A stretch of DNA of 64,000 bases, from assembly GCA_938086785.1 (NCBI GenBank), contig CALKCM010000003.1, positions 155,104-219,103 on the forward strand, read 5' to 3'. The notes under the pieces were generated by a model. The model saw only the letters and a list, made by a program, of their open reading frames with translations, did not search any database and was not told the DNA's origin. Every line of letters begins with the position of its first letter. The stretch's first letter is position 1. The position numbers were made by a program, and so were the translations under genes. This DNA comes from an uncultured Bacteroidia bacterium (lineage in GTDB: Bacteria > Bacteroidota > Bacteroidia > NS11-12g > UBA955). This document shows positions 1 to 9,235 of the stretch, piece after piece.

Positions 1-29
1 TCTTTTCTAAGGCTTCCAAACATTGGTGC

Positions 30-79
30 GAAATAACAAACAAAGCCCCAAAATTTCGCATTTTGAGGCTTTATTTTTT
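30..79 (-). terminator. Rho-independent terminator downstream of dnaK, probably bidirectional
   Basis: Read on the minus strand, AAAGCCTCAAAAT / ATTTTGGGGCTTT forms a stem of about 13 bp (one G-U, 42..72), followed by a U-rich GUUUGUU. On the plus strand the same hairpin is followed by ATTTTTT. Confidence 0.7.
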
Positions 80-97
80 GAATAATTAACTTAAACT

Positions 98-2020
98 TTA
101 CTTTACTTCTTCAAAGTCAACATCTTCTACTGCTCCATCTTCTGAATCACCTGCTTGTGCATTAGCTCCATTATCTGCTCCAGTTTCGGGCTGTCCTTGG
201 CTTGCATCGGCAGCTTGGGTGGCTTGGGCCATCTCTTCACTGGCCGCCTGCCATGCTGTATTTAGTTCTTCGGATGCGGCATCTATTTCTTCGAAGTTTT
301 TGCTATCTAAAGCAGCTTTTAGTTTGTCTTTTGCCGCTTCAATAACTGTTTTCTTTTCTTCTGGAATTTTATCTCCGTATTCTTTCAATTGCTTTTCAGT
401 ACTAAAAACAAGACCATCGGCAGCATTTACTTTATCTGCTTCTTCTTTCACTTTCTTGTCTGATTCAGCATTGGCTTCAGCTTCTTGGCGCATCTTATCA
501 ATTTCTTCTTGACTCAATCCGCTGCTCGCTTCAATTCTAATTTTTTGTTCTTTGCCAGTGGCTTTGTCTTTGGCACTCACATTTAAGATACCATTTGCAT
601 CAATATCAAAGGTTACTTCAATTTGAGGTACGCCTCTTGGAGCGGGCGGTAAACCATCTAATATAAATTTACCAATGGTTTTGTTATCTTTAGCCATTGG
701 ACGTTCTCCTTGCAACACATGTATTTCAACCTGGGGTTGATTTTCTTGCGCTGTACTAAAGGTTTCTTGCTTTTTTGTGGGGATGGTTGTGTTGCTTTCA
801 ATCATTTTGGTAAACACATTTCCCATGGTTTCAATACCAAGGCTTAGAGGAGTAACATCCAATAAAAGAATGTCTTTAACCTCTCCTGTTAATACTCCAC
901 CTTGAATGGCTGCACCTATAGCAACAACCTCATCTGGATTTACCCCTTTACTAGGAGCTTTGCCAAAAAATTCTGTTACCAATGTTTGAATCGCTGGTAT
1001 TCTAGTTGAACCTCCAACAAGTATCACCTCATCTATATCATTCGAAGTCATGTTCGCATCTTTCAAGGCTTTTTTACATGGCTCTAATGTTCTCTTGATT
1101 AAATCTGCCGCTAGTTGCTCGAACTTAGCTCGGCTTAGTTTGCGAACTAAATGCTTTGGTACATTGTCTACAACCGTTACATAAGGAAGGTTAACATCTG
1201 CTTCTGAGCTGCTACTTAATTCAATTTTAGCTTTTTCAGCTGCTTCTTTAAGACGTTGAAGCGCCATTGGATCTTTTCTTAAATCCATGCTTTCTTCAGC
1301 CATAAACTCTTCAGCCATCCAATCAATAAGTACTTGATCAAAATCATCACCTCCTAAATGAGTATCACCGTTGGTTGATTTTACTTCAAATACGCCATCA
1401 CCTAATTCAAGTATAGAAATATCAAATGTTCCTCCACCCAAATCATAAACGGCAATTTTCATTTCCTTATCGGTCTTATCTAAACCGTAAGCCAGGGCTG
1501 CCGCAGTTGGTTCGTTAATAATACGCTCTACTTTTAAGCCAGCAATCTCGCCAGCTTCCTTAGTAGCTTGTCTCTGTGAATCATTGAAATAGGCCGGCAC
1601 AGTTACTACCGCACGGGTTACTTCTGTTCCTAAAAAATCCTCGGCTGTTTTCTTCATTTTCTGAAGAACCATTGCACTTATTTCTTGAGGAGTATAATTT
1701 CTATCTCCAATTTTAACTCTGGGAGTGCCTCCTTCATTTATCACATTGTAGGCCACTCTACCTGTTTCATTCTTTACATTATCAAAGGATTCACCCATGA
1801 ATCGCTTGATAGAGGCAATGGTGTTTTGTGGATTAGTAATGGCTTGACGTTTGGCAGGATCTCCCACTTTGCGCTCTCCATTTCCATTATCTAAAAATGC
1901 TACAATAGAAGGTGTCGTTCTTCGACCCTCGCTGTTAGTAATTACTACGGGCTCATTTCCTTCCAGCACGCTCACGCAGCTGTTTGTTGTTCCCAAATCA
2001 ATTCCTATAATTTTACTCAT
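98..2020 (-). CDS. dnaK: Molecular chaperone DnaK (Hsp70)
   Basis: [24 protein letters not shown] and the full-length Hsp70 pattern are present, with an acidic C-terminus ending DVDFEEVK. The start is taken at the ATG giving MSKIIGID (2020), not at the 13-codon longer ORF start (2059). Confidence 0.97.
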   Translation of the reverse strand: MSKIIGIDLGTTNSCVSVLEGNEPVVITNSEGRRTTPSIVAFLDNGNGERKVGDPAKRQAITNPQNTIASIKRFMGESFDNVKNETGRVAYNVINEGGTPRVKIGDRNYTPQEISAMVLQKMKKTAEDFLGTEVTRAVVTVPAYFNDSQRQATKEAGEIAGLKVERIINEPTAAALAYGLDKTDKEMKIAVYDLGGGTFDISILELGDGVFEVKSTNGDTHLGGDDFDQVLIDWMAEEFMAEESMDLRKDPMALQRLKEAAEKAKIELSSSSEADVNLPYVTVVDNVPKHLVRKLSRAKFEQLAADLIKRTLEPCKKALKDANMTSNDIDEVILVGGSTRIPAIQTLVTEFFGKAPSKGVNPDEVVAIGAAIQGGVLTGEVKDILLLDVTPLSLGIETMGNVFTKMIESNTTIPTKKQETFSTAQENQPQVEIHVLQGERPMAKDNKTIGKFILDGLPPAPRGVPQIEVTFDIDANGILNVSAKDKATGKEQKIRIEASSGLSQEEIDKMRQEAEANAESDKKVKEEADKVNAADGLVFSTEKQLKEYGDKIPEEKKTVIEAAKDKLKAALDSKNFEEIDAASEELNTAWQAASEEMAQATQAADASQGQPETGADNGANAQAGDSEDGAVEDVDFEEVK

Positions 2021-2185
2021 ATTCAGGTAGGTATTATCAATTTGCTTGCCATGACACAATTTCTGTCATATTGTCATTGTGGGCCATGAAGTTTTTTTTA
2101 CTAGGCGATAAACGGCAGAAATTTTGCCATTTGAAATGCCAAATTATCATTAAAAGGATATCTTGGCTATCTTAATAAGAAGCCC

Positions 2186-2890
2186 TTATTTTTTAGGTTT
2201 AAGCGTGTACCTGTAACGCAATCCAACTATACTGGTCGACAATATGGGAGTGTTATTCACTTGCCTTTCAAAACGGTAAAACAATCCAAATTCCCCAAGC
2301 TGTTTGGCCTGGTAATTTGTTCCTAGGGTTATCCTAAACTTATTTACTGATGCTGGAACTCCTAACTCATTAAATAATTCAGCGGAGACTTTTGGATCAA
2401 ATGGCCATTTTTTGATGTTATACAAGGTTGAAATTTTAAAGCGCAGGGTGTACTCTGTTTTATCTCCCTCTGCTTCACTTACTTTTCTTTCGTTTTTGGC
2501 TTGCAATCGAGCCCGATAGCTAAACTTAAATGCCTCTAGCTTTTGCTTATACCCTAAATCGGCGTTCAATCGCACATGACTCTCATAACCGGTCTTTTTC
2601 CCCTTGGTATCATTTTTCGAAATATGCCTTGCTCCCAAGCCAAGATACATTTTTTTTGAAATATAATATTTAAGATTTATTTCCGTAAAATATTGGTCTG
2701 TAGTTTTATACTTGTCTTTTCTTCTCAGCTGTTGCTCTATGCCAAAAACCCATTTCTTAGTGGGTTTGAAACAAAACTGTGTGCTAATCCACAACTCCTG
2801 ATCTTCCAGTTCTGCACTTTGAGCAGACAGGGAGATATTATGTAGTAAAAATATACCAGCTATAAGTACAGGTACTTTATGTTTGATCAT
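2186..2890 (-). CDS. DUF2490-like outer-membrane beta-barrel protein with signal peptide
   Basis: N-terminal signal peptide (VLIAGIFLLHNISLSAQS). Alternating hydrophobic/polar strands rich in Y/R/K/N are typical of small OM barrels. Its start overlaps the upstream gene stop as ATGA. Confidence 0.55.
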   Translation of the reverse strand: MIKHKVPVLIAGIFLLHNISLSAQSAELEDQELWISTQFCFKPTKKWVFGIEQQLRRKDKYKTTDQYFTEINLKYYISKKMYLGLGARHISKNDTKGKKTGYESHVRLNADLGYKQKLEAFKFSYRARLQAKNERKVSEAEGDKTEYTLRFKISTLYNIKKWPFDPKVSAELFNELGVPASVNKFRITLGTNYQAKQLGEFGLFYRFERQVNNTPILSTSIVGLRYRYTLKPKK

Positions 2891-3489
2891 TGATTGCTGA
2901 GATAGGTAATTTTTATTTCAGCTGAATCCTTCAAAAAATCTATGTTCCCAACTTCAATTTCTTTAATTTTTAAGCCTGTACGGGTTTCTAAATCCTTTTT
3001 TAGCATTTCAAAATGCTGAGGTTTTATATTTTCTATAATTTCGTATTGAATGGTCTTTGTTGTTTCGCGCCCAACAAGCCATAAGCGTTCAATCACGTAC
3101 AAGGCTAACACAATAATTACGTTGCTACCTATAATCTCGGCGTAGCTCATTTTTTGGTTGGCGAGAGAATTAATGACAGCCACCCCAATAACCACAAAAA
3201 GGTACGTCATTTCTTTTATGTCAATCGCATTGGTGCGGTAGCGTATAATTCCAAAAATAGCGAAAAGACCCAAAGCCATTCCAATATCTAATTCATACTT
3301 TTTGAGGGTGAAACATAAAAAGAAAACAATAATACCAATCATGTAATAGGTAAAAAAGTAGTCTTTTCGCTTGGTAGCTGTGTAGTATAAACCTCTAATA
3401 ATAATGGTTAAAAAGCCCAAATTAAGGGCAAATCGGAACATCATTTTGTAGAAGTCATCGTCGAATAAGGGTATGCCTAGAAAGTCCAT
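2887..3489 (-). CDS. DUF4956-like integral membrane protein (about 5 TM helices plus a short soluble C-terminus)
   Basis: Five hydrophobic segments. This family commonly partners bacterial VTC-domain proteins. The ATG lies 1 nt after the stop of the VTC gene. Confidence 0.6.
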   Translation of the reverse strand: MDFLGIPLFDDDFYKMMFRFALNLGFLTIIIRGLYYTATKRKDYFFTYYMIGIIVFFLCFTLKKYELDIGMALGLFAIFGIIRYRTNAIDIKEMTYLFVVIGVAVINSLANQKMSYAEIIGSNVIIVLALYVIERLWLVGRETTKTIQYEIIENIKPQHFEMLKKDLETRTGLKIKEIEVGNIDFLKDSAEIKITYLSNQ

Positions 3490-3490
3490 A

Positions 3491-4222
3491 TTATGCTGTT
3501 AATTTTGTGATGGTTGAAATTTTTTGTTTGAAATGATTTTGCTTGAGTTTTGGATAGATACTTGCTAAACCAATGCAGTATTTACTGATACTATAAGGGT
3601 AAATGGATTCTTTTCGTAGCGCCGCAACTATGGGAGATTGCCGGTTAAATTTTTCTTGCTTTAACTCCACTATCATTAAGTCCGGGTTTAGTATTTTTCC
3701 GTTGTAGTCTAAATTTAAATCAATGGTAACGCGCTCTTTTAATGCCGAATTTACTAAAGTTATTCTCTTAAAGCTATTTCTCAAGGTTTTTATTAAGTCT
3801 AAGTTGTGGTTTGTGATCTGTTCAATGAACTGCAAAGATTCACTGGAGAGTGTGTTTTCATTAGCTGCTCTTGCAATTCTATTTTTCACTGTATTTCCCT
3901 TGGCATCTTTTTGTTTTATTTCTAAAAAAAATAGTCCAGATTCTACATAGTTTCTAATTCGAATTTTGGTTCGTCTTAAAATTTTATTGTGATGATCTAA
4001 GTAGAATTTATGTTCTTTCGTATCGTAATAGTCAGATGCATAGGTCATTAACCGATTTCCACTAATTTCTAAAACGGAGTACTGAGATTGTACCATTTGT
4101 AGTATTAGAGGCAATTGTTTCGCATGAATAATAAACTTAGTATCCTTACGCTTCATTAAAGCGACTTGATCCATTTGATCGAGTGAAATGGGCTCAAATT
4201 TATTCAGGATTGAAGGTATCAA
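3491..4222 (-). CDS. VTC-domain (polyphosphate polymerase / triphosphate-tunnel type) protein
   Basis: LNKFEPISLDQMDQVALMKRKDTKFII at the N-terminus and repeated E-x-K strands (FFLEIKQK, IVELKQE) fit the VTC/CYTH-like tunnel fold. No signal peptide. The only upstream start available is TTG at 4222. Confidence 0.65.
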   Translation of the reverse strand: MIPSILNKFEPISLDQMDQVALMKRKDTKFIIHAKQLPLILQMVQSQYSVLEISGNRLMTYASDYYDTKEHKFYLDHHNKILRRTKIRIRNYVESGLFFLEIKQKDAKGNTVKNRIARAANENTLSSESLQFIEQITNHNLDLIKTLRNSFKRITLVNSALKERVTIDLNLDYNGKILNPDLMIVELKQEKFNRQSPIVAALRKESIYPYSISKYCIGLASIYPKLKQNHFKQKISTITKLTA

Positions 4223-4354
4223 AATGGGAGTTGTTAAAAGCAGTTTTGCTTATTCTTCTTAGACGAAACTAGGTTTGATTTCCTTCGGAAGCCATAGGCT
4301 TATCTTTTAATCTAGCTGAATAATTGTTATCTAATCAATTGTAATGAAGGGATA

Positions 4355-5686
4355 TTATTGTCCACTAGCAGTATTCAAAGGCATATCCTTATGGGCATTT
4401 AACTTGGGGCTCTTTACGAATAACATGAGAATTATGCCAAGGATAAAGTAACTCATAAGAACAAGTATGCTGTTCCTCATGCTCCCCGTAAAGTGTTCTA
4501 TCAAACCAAAAGAAAGGGTTCCCAGCACAATGGCTAATTTTTCAGCAACCTCGTAAAAACTAAAGAAACTTGTATTGTCCACATCGCCAGGAATAAGCTT
4601 TGCATAGGTTGATCGACTTAGGCTTTGCACTCCACCCATAACAATACCAACCACACAAGCCAAACCAAAAAACTGATTGGGTTTACCTGCCTGCACAAAA
4701 TAGGCAATGACACAAGCAATGGCCCATATAATTAAAGAAACAATAAGGGCTTTTCTATTTCCTTGTTTCTTGGCTAGATAGGCAAAAAAGTAGGCCCCGG
4801 CAATTCCAATAAGCTGAATCAGTAGTATTGTTTTTAATAAGTCTCCCGATTCCAGTTTTAATTGTTTAGAACCATATATAGCCGCCACATAAATAACAGT
4901 TTGAACTCCCATGGTATACACAAAAAATGAAGAAAGAAAAAGTTTCAAAGTTTTCATTTGTTTAACCTGCTGGTATACCTTTCTCAATTCCTTATATCCC
5001 TTGCCTAGCATATTTGCTTTTATGGAACTGGTTTTAGGAACTTTTGGTAACTTAATAAGAGGCCAAAGTGACCAGGAGGCCCACCATACACCAACGGTTA
5101 AGAAACCAACACGAAAGGGGAGCGTATTGGTCGCAGATGGAGCTTCCATACCAAACCATTCGCTTTTTTGTAAAAACAATAAATTAAGAATTAATAGGGT
5201 TACACTTCCAATGTAACCAAGGGTAAAACCTCTGGCCGATAGTCGGTCAAATTTATCAGGCGAGGCAATGTCTGGAAGATAGGAATTGTAAAATACTAAA
5301 CTTCCAGCAAAGCCCACTGTGGCAAGCATAAAGCAAGATAGCCCAAAGAAGAGGTTGGTCCCGTAAAAAAAATACATGGCACTGCATGATAAAGAACCAA
5401 TGGCCACAAAAAACTTCATAAATGCCTTCTTCTGCCCACTAGCATCTGCAATACCACTTAAAATGGGAGCGAGCAATGCTACCAGTAGAAAGCTAATACT
5501 TAGACTGTATTCGTAAAGTACAGAGGACGCCACTTCACCCCCGAAAAGAGTGGTTGTTTTAGGGGTAAATTTTTCGTAAAATATAGGAAATATAGCACTT
5601 GAAATACTGAGTGAGTATACAGAGTTGGCCCAATCATACATACACCAGGCTGTTAGGGTGCTTTTATTGTTCTTAACAATTGACAT
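4355..5686 (-). CDS. MFS transporter, UMF1 (Atg22-like) family
   Basis: About 12 TM segments with an N-terminal TAWCMYDWANSVY motif typical of UMF1. The first ATG is at 5686. The ORF extends to a TTG at 5710. Confidence 0.8.
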   Translation of the reverse strand: MSIVKNNKSTLTAWCMYDWANSVYSLSISSAIFPIFYEKFTPKTTTLFGGEVASSVLYEYSLSISFLLVALLAPILSGIADASGQKKAFMKFFVAIGSLSCSAMYFFYGTNLFFGLSCFMLATVGFAGSLVFYNSYLPDIASPDKFDRLSARGFTLGYIGSVTLLILNLLFLQKSEWFGMEAPSATNTLPFRVGFLTVGVWWASWSLWPLIKLPKVPKTSSIKANMLGKGYKELRKVYQQVKQMKTLKLFLSSFFVYTMGVQTVIYVAAIYGSKQLKLESGDLLKTILLIQLIGIAGAYFFAYLAKKQGNRKALIVSLIIWAIACVIAYFVQAGKPNQFFGLACVVGIVMGGVQSLSRSTYAKLIPGDVDNTSFFSFYEVAEKLAIVLGTLSFGLIEHFTGSMRNSILVLMSYFILGIILMLFVKSPKLNAHKDMPLNTASGQ

Positions 5687-5723
5687 TTGGTTGCAATTTA
5701 CATTGCCCAATCTAAAATGTCAG

Positions 5724-8306
5724 TTAATCATTGCTAAAAACCAGGTCTTTATCAAAATCAACTCGAATATTTCCTCCTGGTTTTAGGGCTCCAGAAAGAA
5801 TTTTTTTACTTAATTCATCCAAAAGACGCTTTTGCATGACGCGTTTTAAGGGTCTTGCGCCAAATTGAGGATCGTAACCCAATTGTGCCAACCAGTCTAA
5901 AGCGGAGGCCGTCAATTCGAGCGTAATTTTACTTTCTTCCAATCGTTTTTGTATAAGTTCCAATTGAATTTCGGCAATTTTAGTAATGCTTTCGCGATTC
6001 AAGGGTTCGAACATGCTCACCTCATCAATTCTATTTAAAAATTCAGGACGGATGGTCTTTTTAAGAAGTTGGAATACCTCGTTTTTAGTTTTACTCAATA
6101 CTTGGTCCCTGTTTTTGTCATTCAGTTCATCAAAATTGGATTGAATAAGCTCACTCCCAATATTGCTAGTCATGATTATAATGGTATTTCTAAAGTTGGC
6201 GGTTCGTCCTTTGTTATCGGTTAATCTACCATCGTCTAATACTTGAAGGAGTATATTAAACACATCGGGATGTGCTTTCTCAATTTCGTCCAATAATACC
6301 ACAGAGTAGGGACGGCGCCTTACGGCTTCGGTGAGTTGACCGCCTTCATCATAACCTACATATCCTGGAGGCGCTCCGAGCAATCGACTTACCGTATGCT
6401 TTTCTTGGTACTCGCTCATGTCTATTCGAACCAAGGCTTCTTCGGTGTCGAAAAGGTATTCAGCCAGGGCTTTGGCAACTTCTGTTTTACCTACACCAGT
6501 GGTTCCTAAGAAAATAAAACTACCAATGGGTTTTTTGGGATCCTGTAGGCCTGCTCGGCTTCTTCTAATGGCGTTGGCCACAGCTTCTATAGGTTCTTCT
6601 TGCCCCACTACACGATTATGCAATACCTGTTCAAGGTGAAGTAATTTTTCTCTCTCGCTCTGCATCATTTTAGAAACGGGTATTCCCGTCCATTTGCTAA
6701 TAACCTCGGCAATATCCTGAGTATCTACTTCTTGTTTAACCAAGATATTTTTGCTTTCGCCCATCTTAACACTCAAGGCAAAGAGGTCTTCCTCTGCTTT
6801 TTTTATAATTCCGTAACGGAGCTCGGCCACACGGCCGTAATTTCCGTCTCGTTCGGCCTGTTCTGCTTCTAATTTAAAATTTTCTATGTCTTCTTTCTTT
6901 TGCTGGATAGATCCAAGAACTTGTTTTTCATTTTCCCATTGAGAACGAAAGGTTTTTTGATCTTCTTGCATGTTCGCAATCTTTTTGTTGAGTTCATCCA
7001 GTCGATCCTGATCACTTTCTCTTTTGATGGCCTCACGCTCAATTTCCAATTGCATGATTTTTCGATTTAACTCATCCAATTCTTCTGGAACAGAATTCAT
7101 TTCTAAACGCAGTTTAGATGCTGCCTCGTCCATTAAATCAATGGCTTTATCTGGTAGGAAACGATCACTTATGTATCGCTGACTCATTTCTACGGCACTA
7201 ATAATGGCTTCATCTTTGATGCGCACTTTGTGATGTGTCTCGTACTTGTCTTTTATTCCTCTCAAAATACTAATGGCTTCTTCCGCATCTGGTTCATCCA
7301 CTAAAACGGTTTGAAACCGACGTTCCAAAGCCTTATCTTTCTCAATATACTTCTGATATTCGGCTAAAGTAGTGGCGCCAATGGCCCTTAATTCTCCTCT
7401 TGCTAAAGCCGGTTTAAGGATGTTGGCCGCATCCATTGCACCTTCACTTTTTCCAGCTCCTACTAAGGTATGAATCTCATCAATGAAAAGCACCACCTCA
7501 CCATTGCTACTAACGACTTCTTTTATTACTGATTTTAAACGTTCCTCAAACTCTCCTTTGTATTTAGCACCTGCAATAAGTGCTCCCATATCAAGATTAA
7601 ATACCGTTTTGGATTTTAGATTTTCTGGGATATCGCCGCGAATAATTCGATGGGCTAATCCTTCCGCAATGGCAGTTTTTCCAACGCCTGGCTCACCAAT
7701 TAGAATGGGATTGTTCTTTGTTCTCCTGCTTAATATTTGAAGGATTCTGCGTATTTCGTCATCTCTGCCAATGACAGGGTCCAATTTTCCATCCTTGGCT
7801 GCTTGATTTAAGTTTAAGGCATATTTGGATAAGGCATCAAAGGAGGCTTCGCCAGTATCGGACGTTATTTTATTTCCTTTTCTTAATGCTAAAATAACCT
7901 GTTCTACCTCCTTCACTCTAAACCCTGCATCCTTTAAAATAGTACTTGCCGAACTTTTAGAATCGATAAGGCCCAGTAACAAATGTTCATTGGATATGAA
8001 TTCATCTGAAAATGAACTCATTTTTTTATCTGCCAAGGCCAATACTCTCGAAGCTTCTGTGGCAAAATAAGGAGTGCCTCCTTCCACTTTACCAAAGGTT
8101 TTTATTTCGGCTGCAGCAACCTGTGTTACACGATCCAGATTAGCGGATAGCTTTCCTGCTAAGAGGGTTATAAATTCATTATCGGTTTGTATAAGCGCTT
8201 GCAATAGATGAATAGGTTCTATGCTTTGTTGGGAGGCCGCAAGAACGCTGTTTTGCGCCTGTTGTAAGGTCTCTTGTGCCTTTAAAGTGAATTTTTGTGG
8301 GTTCAT
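5724..8306 (-). CDS. clpB: ATP-dependent chaperone / disaggregase ClpB
   Basis: 860 aa. Two AAA+ modules (GEPGVGKT and GTTGVGKT Walker A), a long middle coiled coil and a Clp N-domain. Confidence 0.97.
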   Translation of the reverse strand: MNPQKFTLKAQETLQQAQNSVLAASQQSIEPIHLLQALIQTDNEFITLLAGKLSANLDRVTQVAAAEIKTFGKVEGGTPYFATEASRVLALADKKMSSFSDEFISNEHLLLGLIDSKSSASTILKDAGFRVKEVEQVILALRKGNKITSDTGEASFDALSKYALNLNQAAKDGKLDPVIGRDDEIRRILQILSRRTKNNPILIGEPGVGKTAIAEGLAHRIIRGDIPENLKSKTVFNLDMGALIAGAKYKGEFEERLKSVIKEVVSSNGEVVLFIDEIHTLVGAGKSEGAMDAANILKPALARGELRAIGATTLAEYQKYIEKDKALERRFQTVLVDEPDAEEAISILRGIKDKYETHHKVRIKDEAIISAVEMSQRYISDRFLPDKAIDLMDEAASKLRLEMNSVPEELDELNRKIMQLEIEREAIKRESDQDRLDELNKKIANMQEDQKTFRSQWENEKQVLGSIQQKKEDIENFKLEAEQAERDGNYGRVAELRYGIIKKAEEDLFALSVKMGESKNILVKQEVDTQDIAEVISKWTGIPVSKMMQSEREKLLHLEQVLHNRVVGQEEPIEAVANAIRRSRAGLQDPKKPIGSFIFLGTTGVGKTEVAKALAEYLFDTEEALVRIDMSEYQEKHTVSRLLGAPPGYVGYDEGGQLTEAVRRRPYSVVLLDEIEKAHPDVFNILLQVLDDGRLTDNKGRTANFRNTIIIMTSNIGSELIQSNFDELNDKNRDQVLSKTKNEVFQLLKKTIRPEFLNRIDEVSMFEPLNRESITKIAEIQLELIQKRLEESKITLELTASALDWLAQLGYDPQFGARPLKRVMQKRLLDELSKKILSGALKPGGNIRVDFDKDLVFSND

Positions 8307-8423
8307 TGATTAGGTATTAAACAACAAATGTGTCTCCAATCTCTTTGGAGGCATCTTTGGAGCCCTTTTACAAGTCAAAGTGGCATTTATCCTAGGTAAA
8401 ACGGCTATTCTTAGGACAAAACG

Positions 8424-8996
8424 TCACATGTCTGTAGGCTCACTAAAGCCTTCTAAATCTTCTTTGTTCGTTCCGTATTCCTCATCAAAGATGCTTTTCT
8501 TTTCAGATTCTTCCGATTTATCTTCTTCTTCTTCTTCTTTCGTATCTAAAGCACTCAGGGTATTTTTCATAAGCATAGCAGCCAAGTCATCCATATCAGC
8601 TGATTCTTCGTCCTCTATAATGGCTGAAGGCCTTTGTTTTGGAGCGAAGCCTTTTGATTTTATGAGCTTTGGATAAGTTTCAGATGCTACTGTTTCGGAA
8701 AAACCTATCATCTCGCAGTACAAAACCCAATCCTGGTCCTCATCAGCAAGGTAAATAAATTTCTGATAGGGTTCGAAAACCGCATTTTTAAGAAGTGTCT
8801 TTTCTAAATTGGGAATCGATTTCTTTTTGCGCCAGGTATCATCACTAAGAATAAATACTCCTGCGAAAGTGCCATCGAATCCTATGGCAGCTTGAATGGC
8901 TTCGTGAAATTCCAAAAAATTGTTGCTGGGTTTTATTTCAAACGTTCGTGAAACATCCGCGTCATCCTCAAAAGTTAACCTAAACTTGTATACCAT
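8424..8996 (-). CDS. Hypothetical protein with a possible MM3350/pRiA4b-ORF3-like N-terminal fold and a polyacidic C-terminal tail
   Basis: VYKFRLTFEDDADVSRTFEIKPSNNFLEFHEAIQAAIGFDG resembles the start of that family. The C-terminal 60 aa are E/D-rich, including EEEEEED. ATG start. Confidence 0.4.
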   Translation of the reverse strand: MVYKFRLTFEDDADVSRTFEIKPSNNFLEFHEAIQAAIGFDGTFAGVFILSDDTWRKKKSIPNLEKTLLKNAVFEPYQKFIYLADEDQDWVLYCEMIGFSETVASETYPKLIKSKGFAPKQRPSAIIEDEESADMDDLAAMLMKNTLSALDTKEEEEEDKSEESEKKSIFDEEYGTNKEDLEGFSEPTDM

Positions 8997-9235
8997 TCAG
9001 AATGCAAAGGAAATATCTAGACTGCGTAATTAAAAAAGAGTATTTGTAATTTATTGAAGGAATTTGTAAAACTGACATACTCATGATGCATGATGCTTAA
9101 AGTGTTTATTTGTTCATTAATCTATTGTATACCAACTTATTGATGCTTTTAAAAAGTATATTCAGTTTAGTATTTCTTGTGAATTTACGATTTTATGTGA
9201 AAGCTGTAGCTGAGAATACATATTTTCGCAGCCTA

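Noticed and set aside
219-1894. Plus-strand ORFs of 97 aa and 69 aa (219-512, 1685-1894) inside dnaK.
   Set aside because: They are antisense shadows of a highly conserved gene. Their translations are low-complexity (S/A/F-rich) with no start context. The same applies to the other short ORFs in the track that lie antisense to clpB, relA, recN, pfkA, eno, tkt, acs, dnaN and others.
2052-2068. TGACA-N7-TGTCA inverted repeat upstream of dnaK, considered as a heat-shock operator.
   Set aside because: It is only 5-bp arms and does not match CIRCE (TTAGCACTC-N9-GAGTGCTAA). It cannot be distinguished from chance without comparative data.
8521-8540. (TCT)6 / (GAA)n trinucleotide run, considered as a phase-variation tract.
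   Set aside because: Any slippage of the trinucleotide unit is in-frame. The run simply encodes the poly-Glu stretch of the acidic tail.
9110-9235. 42-codon N-terminal extension of the TonB-dependent receptor ORF.
   Set aside because: The extension is hydrophobic junk opened by a TTG (ttgttcatt at 9110). The ATG at 9236 gives a normal signal peptide ending in QAQ.
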